Made by a program: the position numbers and the translations under genes
Notes under the pieces: model-generated
Database searches by the model: none
Told to the model about the DNA's origin: nothing
What the model saw: the letters and a program-made list of their open reading frames with translations, nothing else
In this document: piece by piece, positions 62,082 through 64,000 of the stretch
How the letters are laid out: every line of letters begins with the position of its first letter
Position numbering within the stretch: position 1 is the stretch's first letter
Assembly: GCA_050246315.1 (NCBI GenBank)
Contig: JBFWWG010000003.1
Coordinates: 256,001-320,000 of the forward strand
Source: Nitrospiraceae bacterium
Lineage (GTDB): Bacteria; Nitrospirota; Nitrospiria; Nitrospirales; Nitrospiraceae
Length of the DNA: 64,000 bases
Direction of reading: 5' to 3'

Positions 62082-63170
62082 TCACTGCCGGCTGACTCGA
62101 TAGAACGCCCCGATGGTTACAAAGACGAAGATCACGTTGGGAAGCCAGGCGCCGGCCATTGGCGGAATCACCAACGTCGTCACGAGAAATTCGCAGAGCA
62201 TGTTCAACATGTAATAGGCCACAACGATGACCACTCCCACCGCAAAGCCACCCATCCGTCCCGAGCGCTTGGAGACAATGCCAGTTGGAACGCCCAGCAG
62301 ACAAAACACCAGTGTCGCCGTGGGGAAGGCCAGGTCCTTGTAGTACTCCATCAACCGGCGGAGGGCGATCGGATCGCGCCACTGCGATTCATCCAAGACC
62401 TTCAGCAGTTCCTGATACGAGGGACGATCGTCCGCGAGCGCGGCTCCCTGGTTAAGATTCATGCGGATGTCGTACGTCTCGAACGATACCTGTTGGTACC
62501 GTTCCGCCTGTTCAGGACGGCTATGCACGACACCGTGCTGAAGCCGCAGAGATACCTGTTGGGTTGCCGTATCCGTAAAGACCGTATAGCCGCCGGCGAC
62601 GATAATTCGCGGGTCGTCGGGGTTCCGTTCATCCGAGACAAAGATGCCCGGCGCAGCTTCCCCATTCGAACCGACCGGCACATAGACGATCATCTTCGGA
62701 AGCGGCTCGTTGAACACCCCTCGGTCCAGCGCCAAGACCAGTTGATCGCGCAGGAGGCTGAGCGCCACCTTCTTCAAGTTGAAATTCGACCACGGCTGTC
62801 CCCACTGCGCGAGCACGAGCGTCAATCCGAACACCAGACAGGCAAACAACAGGACCGGCTGGGCCAACCGCAAGAGACTCAATCCGGCCGCGCGCATCGC
62901 CACGAGTTCCTTGTCGAACGACAGTCGGCCGAAAGCGGTAATCGAAGCGATGATCGCGGCAATCGGCAGGGTCAAGACAAGAAACGAGGGCAACAGATGC
63001 AGAAAGACTTTGATGACCGCAAACAGCCCGACGCCTTTTGAAACCAACAGTTCGACCAACCGCAACAGCTCGCGGGTCACCATGACAAAACAGAGAGCCG
63101 CCAGGCTGACGGAAAAGGGAGACAGCAGCTCGGCGAAGATATAGCGATCGAGTAGAGTTCTTAACAACAC
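62082..63170 (-). CDS. lptF: LPS export ABC permease LptF
   Basis: LDRYI, RLSFDKELVAMRAAGLS, AWLPN. Confidence 0.9.
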   Translation of the reverse strand: MLLRTLLDRYIFAELLSPFSVSLAALCFVMVTRELLRLVELLVSKGVGLFAVIKVFLHLLPSFLVLTLPIAAIIASITAFGRLSFDKELVAMRAAGLSLLRLAQPVLLFACLVFGLTLVLAQWGQPWSNFNLKKVALSLLRDQLVLALDRGVFNEPLPKMIVYVPVGSNGEAAPGIFVSDERNPDDPRIIVAGGYTVFTDTATQQVSLRLQHGVVHSRPEQAERYQQVSFETYDIRMNLNQGAALADDRPSYQELLKVLDESQWRDPIALRRLMEYYKDLAFPTATLVFCLLGVPTGIVSKRSGRMGGFAVGVVIVVAYYMLNMLCEFLVTTLVIPPMAGAWLPNVIFVFVTIGAFYRVSRQ

Positions 63171-63323
63171 GTGTGGGAACTCATGCGCAGCGGCAGATCA
63201 ATACTAATCGACTCTCCTCGGGATGTAAACCGGAGGCGTGATCCTCATCCGACTCCACCCACGGCTTCCATCCGGAAGCGTTCCTTCCCCGTGGCTGTCG
63301 GCAAACATTGGTAGCAGACCTGC

Positions 63324-63352
63324 TTGACAACCTCCGGAGCCGTAGGTAACAT
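63324..63352 (+). promoter_or_regulatory. sigma70 promoter of cold-shock gene (long ~170-nt 5' UTR)
   Basis: TTGACA-N17-TAACAT. Confidence 0.7.
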
Positions 63353-63526
63353 GCCCGCGGATTTTTTTGGCTTCTAGATGAACGCCTCTCACTTCACCTC
63401 GGCGCCGTCCTTCCGCTTCTTCGTGATTGATCATTCTCAACGCCGTTTGTCGGCAGTCCTGAACCGTCGGTTGTCATCGGCCCAGGCAGCACCCTGTCGC
63501 GTGGCTACACAGGAAAGGAGGGCTGT

Positions 63527-63742
63527 GTGAAAAGTAAGGGGACAGTCAAATGGTTCAATGATCGAAAGGGGTTCGGGTTCATCCGGTTGGACAATGGAGA
63601 TGATGTCTTTGTCCACTATTCGGCTCTGCTCGGCGAAGGATTCAAGACCCTCAAAGAGGGCGAGAGCGTCGAGTTTGACATCGTCCAGGGAGCCAAAGGG
63701 CCGCAAGCTGCCAATGTCTTGAAAACCGCACTGAACGCATAA
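63527..63742 (+). CDS. cold-shock protein (CspA family)
   Basis: GTVKWFN..KGFGFI..DVFVHYS; SD GAAAGGAGG. Confidence 0.97.
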   Translation: MKSKGTVKWFNDRKGFGFIRLDNGDDVFVHYSALLGEGFKTLKEGESVEFDIVQGAKGPQAANVLKTALNA

Positions 63743-63768
63743 CGCAACCAGACCAGACCGTTGTTGAT

Positions 63769-63807
63769 GAAGAGCCTCCCGGCTGACTGGGAGGCTCTTC
63801 GTGTTTC
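63769..63807 (+). terminator. intrinsic terminator after cold-shock gene
   Basis: 12-bp stem GAAGAGCCTCCC/GGGAGGCTCTTC, then GTGTTT. Confidence 0.75.
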
Positions 63808-64000
63808 CTGCGACCGCCTCTGCCATCGTTGACGGGGAGAACCCCCTGCGGCCCATGACCGTGCTCGGGCAGGAATAGCGCCATTCATTGACAAATGGCG
63901 ACGCCGCCGATAGGGTGATCCGGTCATGTATCCCGGAGCCTGATCTTGGCTGCCGACCGTACGTCCACGCTTCACAACGCCCAGCTCTACGCCTCCAAGG

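Overview
GC-rich bacterial chromosomal segment with about 63 CDS. Gene order and protein families suggest a Nitrospira-like (Nitrospirota) genome; this is an inference. Housekeeping blocks include LpoB/COG3014/LPP20 lipoproteins, proC, aroQ-efp-accB-accC-thiE, bioD, putA, mrp-Rieske-lipA, AsmA, pepP, sdhB, archease-rtcB, rpmB, btuF-cobQ-pduO, lptFG-fabF-acp-lpxD and a cold-shock gene. The most interesting candidate is a 7-gene, mostly translationally coupled operon (19.5-26.5 kb) with its own promoter. It encodes a GlmL/MutL-family actin-like ATPase but no glutamate mutase, plus a soluble barrel-sandwich/KOW-like partner and four membrane proteins. Other candidates: a CheR/CheB-less Pil-Chp-type chemosensory operon headed by a periplasmic c-type heme protein and ending in a pseudo-Hpt, an ExeA ATPase and a degenerate HD-GYP protein; a ~240-nt structured putA leader; a 110-bp MITE that may supply the sdhB promoter; a degenerate cobalamin riboswitch; a sigma54 promoter; heptamer-repeat elements; and a DnaA-box-like array. 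No rRNA, tRNA, CRISPR array or transposase was seen. All family assignments come from motif recognition by eye; no database searches were run.
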